Source: Tubiluchus corallicola
Lineage: Eukaryota > Animalia > Priapulida
Direction of reading: 5' to 3'
Assembly (NCBI GenBank): GCA_030141605.1
Contig: JAQGDQ010000949.1
Span: 13,821-77,820 of the forward strand
DNA: 64,000 bases
The notes beneath the pieces are model-generated. The model worked only from the letters and a program-made list of their open reading frames with translations, had not been told where the DNA came from and ran no database searches. Each line of letters opens with the position of its first letter. Position 1 is the stretch's first letter. This document shows, in pieces, positions 50,196 to 63,600 of the stretch. The translations under genes were made by a program, and so were the position numbers.

Positions 50196-51079
50196 GCGCT
50201 AAATTTATTGCACTACGCATGCGACATGTGATTTCGAAATTACATTTGTTTTTCATATATTTCGTAAATTAAGGAGAAACGACAAATTAATGTGGACCAC
50301 CGTAAGTGCATTCATGCCTGGTGGCTTTTACTCTTCCTCAGACATTAACTAATTATCGTTAATTGTAATTAATCTTATTCACGTAAATGTACAATTGTAT
50401 TTTCAAAGTGAATAAATAATCTAATCTAATTGAAATTTGTGAAGAGGCAGTGTGGTGAATGGTCAGTTACCGATTACAAATACCGATTTCGCTGACTTTT
50501 ACTCGATGCTTTTATCCGTGTATAAAAAGATTTGTCTGGTTTTGAATGTCACAGTTGACGCATAGATTTGTGCACATTAAATGACAAAGATTTTTCTCAT
50601 GAAAACGTAAAGGCAATGCTTCATTGTCAAGGAATAGTTTACCAATTATAACGTGTTTCAGGCATGAAGGCGAAAAATTTAGACGTTATCTTTTAGTCAA
50701 ATTAATATCAATTTTTAGAAGATTAACAAAGCTAGTGCAAGCATTCTTAATTAAGATTTTGCTTTAGCAAAGCATTGGATCGTAACTCTGCAGTGTGAAA
50801 TAAAGGGCAATTGCTGCTAGTCTTATTTCTGTGTAAGGTATGGCGCATTTTTTGTGCCCCACCCACTGATATAATCCTTTTGCATTTTTCTTACGCAGTA
50901 TCAGTGTTTGCACGTAAATTATTATCAATTACTCCAAAATATACATACGAGTGACTGGCCAAAATTTCAATCCACAAGGGCCTGGCTAATTCGACTTACA
51001 TGATGCCTCCCACAAAAAAGCAAACATTTACCCATTGCACTTTGTCTGCATTCATTAGAGTTTATCTTTTTGAAAATAC

Positions 51080-51235
51080 CCATGTTAACAATAGAGATCT
51101 CAATGCAGAACCTGTAACAACTGGCGTGTCTAATCGACGGAGACGCTACACGCTCTTTTATCAACCTCATTGAACAACATTTTCCCGATGCGGTTTCTGC
51201 TCTGAAGATGAAGCAGGATGTTAACTTCTATTATT
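51080..51235 (+). pseudogene. Retropepsin-like (LTR retrotransposon protease) relic
   Basis: PMLTIEISMQNL*QLACLIDGDATRSFIN resembles the ALIDSGAT.SFI motif; in-frame stop. Confidence 0.45.
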
Positions 51236-52995
51236 AAACTGATTAAATGATGCAATTACGTTATTTCCTTTTCAAAACTTCTGCCACAAGCAACAATAGA
51301 TACATCCTGTTATAGCAGCAGACAAAGAACAGCTATAATTTTCAAAAATTAACGTCGACAACGTAATAGTGATTGATACAAACGATAATTATAATGAGCC
51401 ATTTTAAATTACTGAGGCGAGATTTTTCCCATGATTATCCCGGTATGTTTGCCTGCGTGACTAGAATTGCTCTGAGCAATGACCAACCTTGAACAGCTTT
51501 ACATAACATACAAAGAACACTTAAATTGCAACTCTTTATGTAATTATAATCCAGCTTTTTAAATTGACGAGGGGAGTTTTCCCAGGATTATTATGGTGAT
51601 TGTGTGGGCAATTAAGGTAGGGTATTCATCATACACAGAAAACTACTCTATTGTCAGGTTCTGGTTTGCATCGTGATTTTGAAAGGCAGGTAATTACAAG
51701 CTGCTCTTACAGAAAATACAGGATGTGATCGCTGGGCAATGAACAACCTTGAGTTGCGTTTCTTACTAAGTTACGCTCTTGAAATCTTTACGTTAATTAC
51801 AACTTTGTGTCTTAAGTTTAAAGGAAAAAGGGAGTTTTTATATCCACCCCAATTCGAAGTGTGGTAAAAAGTAAAAATTTTAACAACTATATATAATAAT
51901 TCATCAGCGTCTCTGATAATTAAATCAAAAGAGTAGGTTAAAACTTGAATTGCTAATGAATGAGTCCAAGTGGCACTAACGTCACAAGTGAACAGAATTT
52001 TCAACAGCACAAATAATCCACGTGTGTGATACATGTTTTTGTTGAAAGCAAAAATTAAAATGCAGTGCTATCGTACAACATTCAATGTGATGTACAAAAA
52101 CACGTCAAACTTTAAGTTTAAAATTCGATTTTCATGTTTACTGCTCACGCATGACTATCGAACGTGTGCATCACGTCACAGTTGAACACTTCAGAACTGA
52201 GAAGTAAAACGTCTGTTTTTTGCGCAACGCGTTTCCGACATGTATGCGCTAGTGCCCATCTAACTAGAGAATAGCAATATGCTTGAAACAGCGAACAATT
52301 AGTCGCGCAAAAGCGAAATTACTTTTCCCGGGTAATAACTCTTTCACTTAAGTCATCCTTGAAAAAATAGTATGTTCCCTATCAATATTTTAGAGGGTAA
52401 ACTTTGTGTTGAGCTCTGCTGCTATAGTTGTCGTAACGGTAAAGGTGTCGCTGGGGTGTTTTGGGGAGGAGTCAACAACCGACATTGGCAGGTTTATCAG
52501 ACTCTTTCTGAAGTTGCGATGTTCGTGTTAATCAGATGAAATCAATGGATGAAAACATGTTTTGCGATCTGTATTTTACTCAAAATCATAATCTCATAGT
52601 CAGTCCACATATACACACAATGGTAAACATAATCAACAGTAGTAAACAAAATTTATAATAAACCCATCAGCCAATATATCATGGCATCTGAGTCAAAACT
52701 GTTTAATCTTATTGCTTTCTTTCTAATCTTGCTACCAAGTGTGAAAAACTATTACATTCACAGATATAGCAGTAGCAACTACATAAGATACATTGAAAGC
52801 TTCAAAGTGTACAAACAGATGTCAGCACTGACTTAGTGGTAATTAAAAACTAAAGTTTAAAACTACAAATCAAAGTTAATAATAAACGTTAAATTAAATG
52901 CTCGCATCGGCGACAATAGTTTGAAAAAAATTTGGTCCGGTTTTTCTTTAAAATGTTGCTGTTACCTCGCTTATGTAGAAAATTCAAACGTTTTG

Positions 52996-53042
<47 letters not shown>

Positions 53043-53159
53043 TATTATTATTTTTATAATTACTATTACTGTTATTATTATTATTATTATTTTTACCATT
53101 ACTATTGCTATTATTATTATTACTATTACTATTATTATTATTTTTATAATTACTATTAC

Positions 53160-53229
<70 letters not shown>

Positions 53230-53297
53230 TTTATAATTACCATTACTATTATTATTATTATTTTTATAATTACCATTACTATGATTATTGTTATTAT
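52996..53297. repeat. (TAT)n/(TAC) microsatellite with internal higher-order blocks
   Basis: Direct inspection; explains the poly-I and poly-Y ORFs. Confidence 0.97.
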
Positions 53298-53520
53298 GTA
53301 TTTTATTTGCATCTGAAATTGATACAGCACAATTACAATGACGTTAGCAGGCAACAATTACAGTAAGTCCTCGCTTAACGACGCTAATACGTTCCAGCAG
53401 TATTATTAGTATGACACATATTATTCTGCGCGTTCCTTAGCTTAGCACTGTAAACAGAGTTGCAGTGTTAATATGAAAGGCGTTTTAGTTTTAAATCAGC
53501 TTTGTACTAGAAGATCGTAT

Positions 53521-54435
53521 TTAAAGCAAAAGCCAAGTTTCTCGGGATGTTGAGCTTAATCAAATATTTGAGAAAAATGTTAGAAAGTTTCAGCAGTGAA
53601 ATAGTGATAATCACCTCGCGTAATTAATAATTTCAATTTAAAATCTCGATCACTTCAAGCTTGGACGTGCTCTTTTTGGTGAAAAAATGGCGTCATTTGT
53701 TTACAGTGCAATATACACAGTTATTCTGCTTAACCCTTATAGGGTCACGGTTTTTTACAACCGATTTTGAAAACCGTGGGGTAAAAATTACCCCCACCAT
53801 AATTCGTAAATTACTTTTGATAAACCGATGTGTTTCATTAGTAAACAGCATTTGTCGTGACGCTGACCCCTATAGGATACATTATGCCTCTGCTTAAAGA
53901 CATGTGACTTACTAGTAATACGAAATTTAAATTCACTTAGTTACGTTCCCTTATCTATACTGGAATAACTGTAGACAACCGACATTGCTAGCGTGTGTGC
54001 AAAAATCATCGTTATTTTGAATTTATTGAATTTATTTATTTATTTATTTTGAATCATATACATCGCCCGTATAATGTATAGAGTTTATAAACAAGCGAAG
54101 TAAAGTTTCAATAATTTTAAAAAATCGACATATTGAATTTTCACTTTTATTTCGTGGTGAGACAATGCGCCTAAAATAAATAACTGAAAGTATTTTGTGC
54201 ACAAAACATATTTAGAAAAAGTCATAGAAAAGGTTTACTGTGATGCGTACGGTAAAAGGGTAAAATGCAAAAAACCGGTCCGGGGGTAATTGTTTAATTG
54301 ACCCTATAAGGGTTAAGCAATGTTTTTTGACTTATAGAACGAACTCTTTGAGCCAAGTAACCCACCCGCTACCTACTGTATGCTCTCAAGCTTACATGTG
54401 TATCTGAAAGTTAACAAAAGTCTGTCAATTAATTA
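53521..54435 (+). repeat. Dispersed repeat (begins TTAAAG) interrupted by a piggyBac-like MITE; uninterrupted copy at ~59677-59990
   Basis: TTAAAGCAAAAG.CAAGTTTCTCGGGA…GATCACTTCA.GCTTGG and …ACATG.GTATCT.AAAGT.AACAAAAGTCTGT are shared by both sites. Confidence 0.8.
53734..54312. mobile_element. piggyBac-type non-autonomous element (579 bp)
   Basis: Perfect 14-bp TIR CCCTTATAGGGTCA / TGACCCTATAAGGG with TTAA on both sides. Confidence 0.9.
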
Positions 54436-55516
54436 CATTTACGCAATTAATGTATGCTACTTACACATTTTTCTGTATAATCCTGTGGGTTAAAGCTATG
54501 CAGCAACTTTAATCTTGATCATAATTGATCAGATGACTAATTTTTAGATAAACACAGTTAAATACAACATTAGAATAGCTGAACTTCTGAGTGAACTGTA
54601 GAAATTTCTCAACGCGTACCTTCATCACAGCTTGCCTTCACAGCGTTCACGCTGCCCAGTAGTCACCAGCTTACGTCATTTTTTTAAATATGTCTTCTGC
54701 GACGTTCGTTTGGCGGGAGACAAAAATATTTAATTTCTTTTATACTTTCAAGCTAAAGATACTATGCGCATTATATTGTGTGGTGATTTCAATATTTTTA
54801 ATGTATATTAAATTAAAATGCAATAAATGTTGTTCGAAGGTTGATTCTTTCTTAAAGAATATCATTAGTTTGAAATAAATGAAATAAGATAAATAAATAA
54901 ATAAATGCTTAATAAGTGTTGTGATAGTATGCAAAAAATCTAGACAGTTGCGAAATCTGAAAGTGATCTGATGATAAAAATGATGATGATGATAATAATG
55001 ATGTCGACGTTGATGATGGTAACAAAAGAACAACAATAGTAATAAAAGTGCACTTCTATTGAAAAAGCTAACAGTAAACACTCTATACACGCGCATGCGC
55101 TCTAATCTGTTTCAGCTAACCAATAAGCTCGCATTCAATTTCTGCTATTAAATCGTCTGTTTATGCTGTAATAGTGATTTCATACTTCCCCGTAAAATTA
55201 TTCATTATATTGACAAATCAATGTCACCACTGCAGAATAATTAAGAAAAGTCAACATGACACTAAATGAGAGGCTACATCACATTTAACAAACCTACGTT
55301 CTTAATCGGTTTAGCAAAATGAACTCACACGCTGTAAATAAAACATGGAAATTTAAACTCCCGCAATGACCGTTAGATGCAGCCATTTTGACAATAAGTC
55401 GTTTGAAACAAGTTTAGATAACATTGTGTAATGTTTGAAAAAATATTCATAGCATCAACGTCACTAACTGAGTAAAATTTTAAATTACTGTATCTTGTCA
55501 ATAAGATTAAAAAAAA

Positions 55517-56095
55517 CCCGAAATTGGCAAAAATGAGGTGACATTCCTAAAAGAAAAAACCGAAATTCGCAAAAATGAGGTGATATTCTCGTGAGATAAA
55601 ATCCGAAATTCGCAAAAATGTGGTCACATTCTCGTAAGAAAAAAACCCGAAATTCGCAAAAATGTGGTCACATTCTCGTGAGAAAAAAACCCGAAATTCG
55701 CAAAAATGTGGCCACATTCGCGTGAGAAAAAAAAACACAAAATTCGCAAAAATGAGGTGATATTCTCGTGAGAAAAATCCGAAATTCGCAAAAATGTTGC
55801 GACGTTCTCGTGAGAAAAAACAGGAAATTCGCAAAAATGTGGCAACATTCTTGAGAAAAAAAATCCGAAATTCGAAAAAATGTGGCAACGTTCTCGTGAG
55901 AAAAAAAGCGGAAATTCGCAAAAATGTGGCCACATTCTCGTGAGAAAAAAATACGAAATTCGCAAAAATGTGGCCACGTTCTCGTGAGAAAAAAACACGA
56001 AATTCGCAAAAATGTGGCCACATTCTCGTGAGAGAAAAAACACAAAATTCGCAAAAATGAGTTGACATTCACGAGCGAGAAAACCCTGAAATTCG
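55517..56095. repeat. Minisatellite, ~43-44-bp unit, ~13 copies
   Basis: Consensus CGAAATTCGCAAAAATGTGGCCACATTCTCGTGAGAAAAAAA(CA). Confidence 0.95.
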
Positions 56096-56796
56096 TAACA
56101 ATGTAGCTAAAATCACGTCAAATAGTTTCGAACTTCATGTGAAGGATTAGCTACAAGACACTGTCATGGGAATATTTTAGCGACTGTTGAACTTAAAAAA
56201 AAACTCGATCGAGCAACAAAGATGTTGCACCTCGTGAAAGCAGGTTAGTTTTGTTCAGATAAAAACAATGTAGAAAGAAATTTTACGTTTTTGTATACAA
56301 AAATCAGATTAAGTTTTTTAATTTGGTGCAAAATTTAAGAGAGTCTTGCTCTCTCGTCTTTATGACAAACAATTCTAAAAATTAACAACAAAAATCCTTT
56401 GTTTTCGATTGTTTTTGTCAAATCAAACAATTAGCTTTGCAGTTTTACAGGATGCAGGTTGATAGATCGATGGTTAATGTACTTTTATCTGGGGATTTCT
56501 GAGTGACTGAATACACACATTTATTTTTAAGATTAGCGTTCACTTTTTAGATCCCATTAACTCTGTTAATACATGGTGCATAGCTATACTGAAAAGGGAT
56601 CATTTCTGATGGACGGAATAGACTCCGACTTTGGAATTTCTCTTACAAAGGTAATCAGCTTAAAACAGGGATTAGCTTCTTTGCGATGAACAGGGTATTG
56701 GAAAAAACACTTTAGGATAATTTCTGGGTGGCTGGGCGCCTGCTTTTAGGATTAACGTCAATCATTCTAGAGATAATCAGCTTTATGCATTGATAG

Positions 56797-56906
56797 CATC
56801 TTTGTTGATGCATAGTGAAGGGGATTAACACCTTTGTTCACGCATAGTCAAAGGGATTAACATCTTTGTTGATGCATAGTCAAGGGGATTAACATTTCTG
56901 TTGATG
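56797..56906. repeat. 32-bp tandem repeat, ~3.4 copies
   Basis: Unit CATCTTTGTTGATGCATAGTCAAGGGGATTAA. Confidence 0.85.
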
Positions 56907-58373
56907 TACAGAGAAGCTTTGTCTGAAATTGATCTGTCATTAAGTACATTATACCTGAGCTGAACAGTGAGATGTTATCTGAGAATAAAGCTTTAAACAC
57001 TAAAAGCTTTTTGTTTCTGGAATTCAAATCTCGTGGAAGAGAAATTTATCTGCACTTAGACCTAAAGCTTAGAAGACATGCTTTAAAATGTGTTTTTCTA
57101 TACTGGCTATGCATTTTAGGTTTTTATTAAAATATGTTTTTTGAAAATGTGTCAAAGACAAATTCTATGCCATTTTGTAGATTTTTGCAAGCCTACAAAT
57201 TCCGTTATAATTTTATTTGTCATTATAGTGCTCAGCGTGTGTCTATATTATTGCGATAACAACAATATTTTTCGAAAACTGTTCATTAGTTAAAGTTATG
57301 CGCCTAGTCTCTATTGCTGATGTAAAACGCAGTTCTAAGATAAACAGACAATTAATGCAGAACTGGATCCAATCTTAAACTGTAGATCAAAACAATCTAT
57401 TCTTTAAAATATTCAAAGGAAACACATTATTTCTTCAAAAATGACCTACGTGAAAGAATTATTACCACACAAACACAATTTCGGTTTCGCGCCACTAGTT
57501 CTTCGCTGTTACATGCCATTCGCTAGTTAGACGGGCGCCTGCATTTCGGAAAAACATTGCACAAAAAATCTCTCAGTGCAGATGTGTTAGTTTGTGACGA
57601 ACTACGCACGTGCAACAGCGCATGCGTGAGCACAACGGTAAATGTAAATTTCCATCTTAAAACTTGCCAGTTTTAGTTCAACACACTGAATAGCTTGCAT
57701 AGCTGCTGTTTTTAGTCTCTTATTCATTTATCAGAAACTGCTTTGCAGTATCAATACGTATAGTTTTGCAGTATCAAAATGTATAATTTTATCAGACTTG
57801 AAATTGGGTATGAAAAATCGTCCTGTTTTCCTTTAAACATAAAGTAACAGGAGAAGGCAATACTTCCATTGAAACCAGAGAACGCTAAAAGCGTAGTCAA
57901 ATAGTGCACAAAATTTGTCTTTTCGTTTCTTGATTCCCTTTGTAAGCAAACCAGCATCGATACAGGGCCTGTATACGAAACATTTCTATTTAATTCAATT
58001 CTATTTATTTGCCTCCTTATTGTTAGTAATATTAACTTATATACGTTTTGTTTAATAAATAATTATAGAGACGGCGTGGCGATCAAACAATACGGTCCAC
58101 TTGTCTGGTCACTCCTATAAATTAAATTAAATTAAATATGCATTAATGTTAGTGTTAAAAGAGCAAAAGTTTTTTAATAAGTAAGAAAATATAAGTAAAT
58201 TATAGAAACAAAATATACAAAAATCTTAAGAACACAACATCCAATAGTATATACCAAAGTTGTAAGTAAAACTAAGTTAATCGTCAAACAATGAAAGTTG
58301 TGATCGTGTACAAAGTCAATGTGTTGTCATTTTCATCATAAAAATAATCGTGTAGAATTTTTTAATTTAATAC

Positions 58374-58385
58374 ATAATAATAATA

Positions 58386-58456
<71 letters not shown>

Positions 58457-58496
58457 ACCGTTGTAGTAGTAGTAGTAGTAATAATAATAATAATAA

Positions 58497-58527
<31 letters not shown>

Positions 58528-58531
58528 AAGA
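58374..58531. repeat. Compound trinucleotide microsatellite (AAT/GAT/GTA/AGA)
   Basis: Direct inspection. Confidence 0.95.
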
Positions 58532-58939
58532 CGAAGAATTGCGGCAAGCAAAATTTAAATTTTGTGAACGACAGTAGAAATAAATAATGATAATACGTTT
58601 AACTAATTTAAAGTAAACACAAATCAAAGTATTCAAATTTAGATAACGCTTTCTATAATAAACACAAACAGGCGCTGAAATTGAAAAGACAAACAAATAC
58701 AAACGGTTTATTTGTTGTTAATAGGATTTTACTTAAAAGCTTGAGACGCGGTATCATAAAGCCTTGTTCACAAAGCGCGGCGGATAATTTTCCTCTAAGG
58801 ACAATAAAGATTTAAATCTCTGATAATGATAATCCGCTTAGCTAAATAACATTTCGATTTTTTCTAATGTCGTTTCTCTGGTAGTTTTGGGGCAATGACT
58901 TACCTTGAGATGGTAAGTGTAGGGTATAAACAACACTAA

Positions 58940-59510
58940 GCAAAAATGGCACAGGTAAAAACGGCACAGTAATAATGGCACAGACGAAAGGGCATATATG
59001 GAAAAAATGAGGAAAAAAATCACACAGCAAAATAGGAGTTAGCGTTATTGTTATTGTTGAGATAATTAATTTAATAATTTTTTTTCCTCTGCATAATTGG
59101 TTATATTTTATACATCCTTCGTGTGTCTGGTCGTTTGTTTGTTTGTTTGCTGTTTTTTATCTATTTGTTTTGTTTGTTTGTTTGTTTGTTTGTTAACAAA
59201 ATTACTCAAAAATTGCTTAACAGATTTGCATGAAAGAAAGTTGTACATAAGCTGCAGGATAACAAGGAAAAATATGCTGCCTGGAGAGGCTAAAACATGC
59301 GATTTTTATACATTTTTTGCAAAACTTGCGAGAACGTCAAGAAGAAAAATATGTTCAAGTTTGTCGATGCTGTACCAGTCTTCAGTACCATTGTTCCTAC
59401 TTTTCCACTTGTGTCATTTTTCCTGTTCAATTTTGCCGTGACATTTTTTCGTGTGCTATTTTTAATCGTGCCACTTTTATCTGTACCATTTTTACCTGTG
59501 TCTTTTTACC
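58940..59510. repeat. Element with inverted arrays of ~15-bp subterminal repeats (TGTGCCATTTTTACC-like); related fragment at ~28660-28716
   Basis: AAAAATGGCACAGGT repeats at 58943-58983 and reverse-complement variants at 59385-59510. Confidence 0.5.
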
Positions 59511-60348
59511 TTTCTCGTTAGATAATAAAATCAAGAAAACGATTTGATGATTGTGTGTAGCAACAATTTTAATGGCTCTTTCTTTTAATATGGCAAGTGA
59601 CACATTTGAGTTTAAGGCGCTTGTGCTAACTGCAAATGTAAACAGCAGTGAGTTGGTACAGTATTGTACGTGTGGCTTAAAGCAAAAGTCAAGTTTCTCG
59701 GGAAGTTAAGCTTATTTTAATATTTTGAAAAGATGTTAGAAAATTTCAGCAATAAAAATGTGATAAGCACCTCATGTAATTAGTAAAATCATTTTAAAAT
59801 TGTGATCACTTCACGCTTGGGCGCGCTCACTTTCTGAAAAATGCGTGTAATATAAACACTTATCATGCCAGGTGCTTCGGAATCTTTTTTAGCTTATAGA
59901 GCGAATTCTATAAACTTAGCACAGACCTACTACTTGCTGACAAGTTTACATGCGTATCTAAAAGTCAACAAAAGTCTGTAAATTTAATCTGTGTTTAATT
60001 ACAGCTAATTGTTAATGTCATGGCAATCACTAATATTTGGATGGACTTCTATGTACATGTTGTGTTTTACCCCATGTGGAACTGTATTGTATTTTGGAAG
60101 TCAATAAATTTATACATATATATGTTTTCAGATGCAGCACAAGCCAACCAAAGATAAGGAGCAAGTACAGAAATAAAAATGCTACAGAATGTGAAGCTGC
60201 AGTCGAGGCCAAAAGTTTAAGCCCACCTGTGATTACGATGTGAATTTTGAGCTTTTTTGGTATTCAATTCAATACTATTTTTTTTCTCATGGTAAACCGA
60301 TTCGTACACACGATGGCTCACTAGGAAGGTAACTGAAAATTGCAAATA

Positions 60349-60660
60349 AACGTTTGTGTTGCGCATGCGCGGGACTTACGAGATGATGACGTCAACGCAT
60401 TGACGACACGGCGTAATCAGTACGGTTGCGAGAATTGTCTTAGACGGGAGAACAAGCATTGATGACGTCACAGCGAGGATGACGTCATCAAGTCGGAGAC
60501 AAATGCGCATTTGCAGTTGATCACTCATCCTCTTACCTTTCATTAGAATTACCTTCCAACATAATCAGACGACTGGGGAGGAAACTACTGCCGAGAGCGC
60601 GTCTAAGACAATTCCCGCAACCGTATCTCGTAAGTCCTGCGCATGCGCAGCACAAACATT
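60349..60660. mobile_element. MITE-like inverted-repeat element (~310 bp)
   Basis: GTTTGTG.TGCGCATGCGC.GGACTTACGAGAT…TACGGTTGCG.GAATTGTCTTAGACG is mirrored at 60600-60660; the left arm carries a ~37-bp insert. Confidence 0.8.
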
Positions 60661-61490
60661 ATACAAAATGTGTATAGAGAATCTTACAGTGAATATACAG
60701 CGAAAAAAATTCTTCAAGTAAATATAGGCTCGTATTTCCCATTTTTTCCTGCAGCGTTTTATAATTTAAAGGCATTGCTAGTAACTGCTACTGCAACTAT
60801 ATTCACTACAAGATAAGACACAAGCTTTCTCTACTATAATAATATAGCAGCTACATCATCTTATTAAGGATGAAAGTGAAGATTTATTGCAAATATTAAC
60901 CATTGAGGAAGCAAAATTGCGCAAATCATGTCATTGCAGTGAACAACATTTGTAGAAATAAGATAAAACATTTTAACTACTGTTACGTCGCTCTGCCTTT
61001 AGCTTAACAACAAAAATGATTGGATCAGCAAATTTTATTGTAAATTATAAATGCATCCAAACAGATGTGCAATTCATGTGTATAGTAGAATATTTAGAAG
61101 ATGGCATGATTTATTGATGTAGTAACTGCTGGATTTTAACTGATTCTTTGTGTTTTATATTTCTTATGTTTTTGTTTTTTTTTTACGTATTTTCGTAGCT
61201 CTATTAACTGTGCATGACATGAAATATTTATTGGTTTTAGTGTAATTTTTAACATTTATATGACATTTTTTGGTTCTGAAATTAATTTTAGAAAATTAAT
61301 AAATAAATTTATGCGCTTTACTTCACAGTTAGAGTTGCTTTCAGTTTATGCAGATTGTAATTAAATTTAGTTTATTAAAATCATTAGTTGTAAACAATTT
61401 AAAACATTTCAGATATCTATGGCAAAAACATAAACTGTTATTTACATAGCAAAGTTTTGCGCAAATTCGCGCAAAGGAATTCCGCATAAA

Positions 61491-61638
61491 CCGTGACACC
61501 ATAAAAGCGTGTAGACAAAACGCGCTGTGTGAATGACCTTGATCATGCGCAGTGTGCTCTGTGACCCGCCATCAAAGCGTATAGACAAAACGCGCTGTGT
61601 GGAATTACCGTGATCATGCGCAGTGTGCTCTGTGACCC
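61491..61638. repeat. Short array (~2 units) of the 69-71-bp satellite
   Basis: Same unit as 62960-63600. Confidence 0.9.
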
Positions 61639-62959
61639 TCTTGCGTTTTTGCGCTAAGTAATGTGTAATTACACATATTATTTTTTAGGTTTGTATCTAA
61701 ATAATGCGTCCGCACACGCACGCAGACAATAAGTAATTGCATCCAGCTTCATATATAAATAATCAATACAGCAGTAGAGATGAGTAGGACTGAACTGCCA
61801 GCCTAGGGCGTCGTAACGTTTTGATACACCCATGTACACATACTCACATACATGTATGATGTATGCATTATTACATACAGAGAGTCTATGAAGCTGACCC
61901 TATGTATTTAACAATATAAATTAATTGTCCTTTGTAACTACGCCAATATAACATCAATTAATTTAAGCCCATCAATAAATAAATTATTTATCAAGCCTTG
62001 TCTGTGGGTTTAGCTACAGGTGTTTTATTAGTACGCTTATACAAGTACATTTTTACACGTAAACAAACTGTATTTAATGAACATTTATTTTGACATAAGC
62101 CTAACTGAATCTTAAAAAAAAATTACGCTAAATGTAAGTGACGTCTACACATGACCCGCCTGCCGATTCTAATTTAAGCGCCAGGTTATCTTCTCACCTG
62201 AATTCTGTTTCCTGATTTTGAACTAGTTAGTTGGTTGTTATAGAGGAGGAAGTAATGTCGGCTGCTTAGGATGACAGCTCTAATGTTTCGTGTTGTTATT
62301 TTTTGTTCACTGACAATAAAAAAGAGGAGTAATGTCGTAAATGCATCTCCGTTTGTTCAACGTGATTTTATAACCAACTCCAACTCATAACAAAGGCCAA
62401 TCTTTTAACTTGGAATTAACAAAGCATCTAGATACTTAGATTAAGTTTTGTTCTGGAAAAATTATTTGCTCTTCTGGAAAAATGGGACACATTAAATGGG
62501 AAAGTTCTTTTAGAAAACGTATTTCTGCAGATGTAGAACACTACACGAGCCAGGTGTTTGCAAACTTTCTTTATGATCAACTTCGTAAACAAGCCTATTA
62601 AGTTTCATGAGACCTGAATATAATAGTTTTTTTATTTTAACTACTAATTATTCTTAGTGCGTTATGCACTGATGCTTGCTTTAAATAATAGTGAAAAATA
62701 TTACAGCTGCCATAAATCGCCAAAGACAGATGTAGGCCTTGCAACTCACTGCTGAGTAAATTATGAGCGCCTGTCGACCGGCCTGAGTTTGTTGGTCTCA
62801 TCAATTCATCTGCTACAGTACACACCTGTGCGCGAACAGCTTGCGCTGTAGCGTAACTGACAACAACAATCCGTACTGCTGTGCCGCTAGGGCGACACTA
62901 ACTGCGCGAAATGCTGCGCAGTAGGTCTTTTCTGTACTCTCCGCGGTAACTATTCTTTG

Positions 62960-63600
62960 ATCATAGCAGGTAGGTAAAACGCGTTGTGTAAAAAGTACGG
63001 GATCATGCGCAGTGTGCTCCGTGACGCCATCATAGCGTGTAGACAAAACGCGCTGTGTGGATTTATAGTGATCATGCACAGTGTGCTCTGTGACCCGCCA
63101 TCATAGCTTGTAGACAAAACGTGATGTGTGGAATTACCGTGATCATGCGCAGTGTGCTCTGTGACCTGCCATCAAAGCGTGAAGACAAAGCGCGCTGAGT
63201 GGAATTGCCGTGATCATGCGCAGTGTGCTCTGTGACGCCATCAAAGCGTGTAGGTAAAACACCATGTGTAAAAGTACGGTGATCATGTGCAGTGTGTTCC
63301 GTGACGCCATCATAGCGTGTAGACAAAACGCGCTGTGTGGCTTTACCGTGATCATGCGCAGTGTGCTCTGTGACCCGCCATCATAGCGTGTAGACAAAAC
63401 GTGATGTGTTGAATTACCGTGATCATGCGCAGTGTGCTCTGTGACCTGCCATCAAAGCGTGAAGACAAAGCGCGCTGAGTGGAATTGCCGTGATCATGCG
63501 CAGTGTGCTCTGTGACGCCATCAAAGCGTGTAGGTAAAACACCATGTGTAAAAGTACGGTGATCATGTGCAGTGTGTTCCGTGACGCCATCATAGCGTGT
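62960..63600. repeat. Satellite, 69-71-bp monomer, ~9 copies, 280-bp 4-mer higher-order repeat
   Basis: Monomer GATCATGCGCAGTGTGCTCTGTGACCCGCCATCATAGCGTGTAGACAAAACGCGCTGTGTGGAATTACCGT; variant monomers recur at +280 (63141/63421, 63212/63492, 63281/63561). Confidence 0.93.

Noticed and set aside
52921-53366. Poly-Ile/poly-Tyr ORFs
   Set aside because: Translations of a (TAT)n microsatellite.
55517-56095. CRISPR-like array of palindromic repeats, and ORFs 55547-56072
   Set aside because: Units are contiguous with no unique spacers, no cas genes, eukaryotic context; the ORFs are repeat translations.
58319-58702. Low-complexity ORFs (poly-D/N/R/H)
   Set aside because: Compound trinucleotide microsatellite.
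62960-63600. CRISPR-like periodicity (~70 bp) and repetitive ORFs
   Set aside because: The apparent spacers are homologous to each other; this is a satellite.
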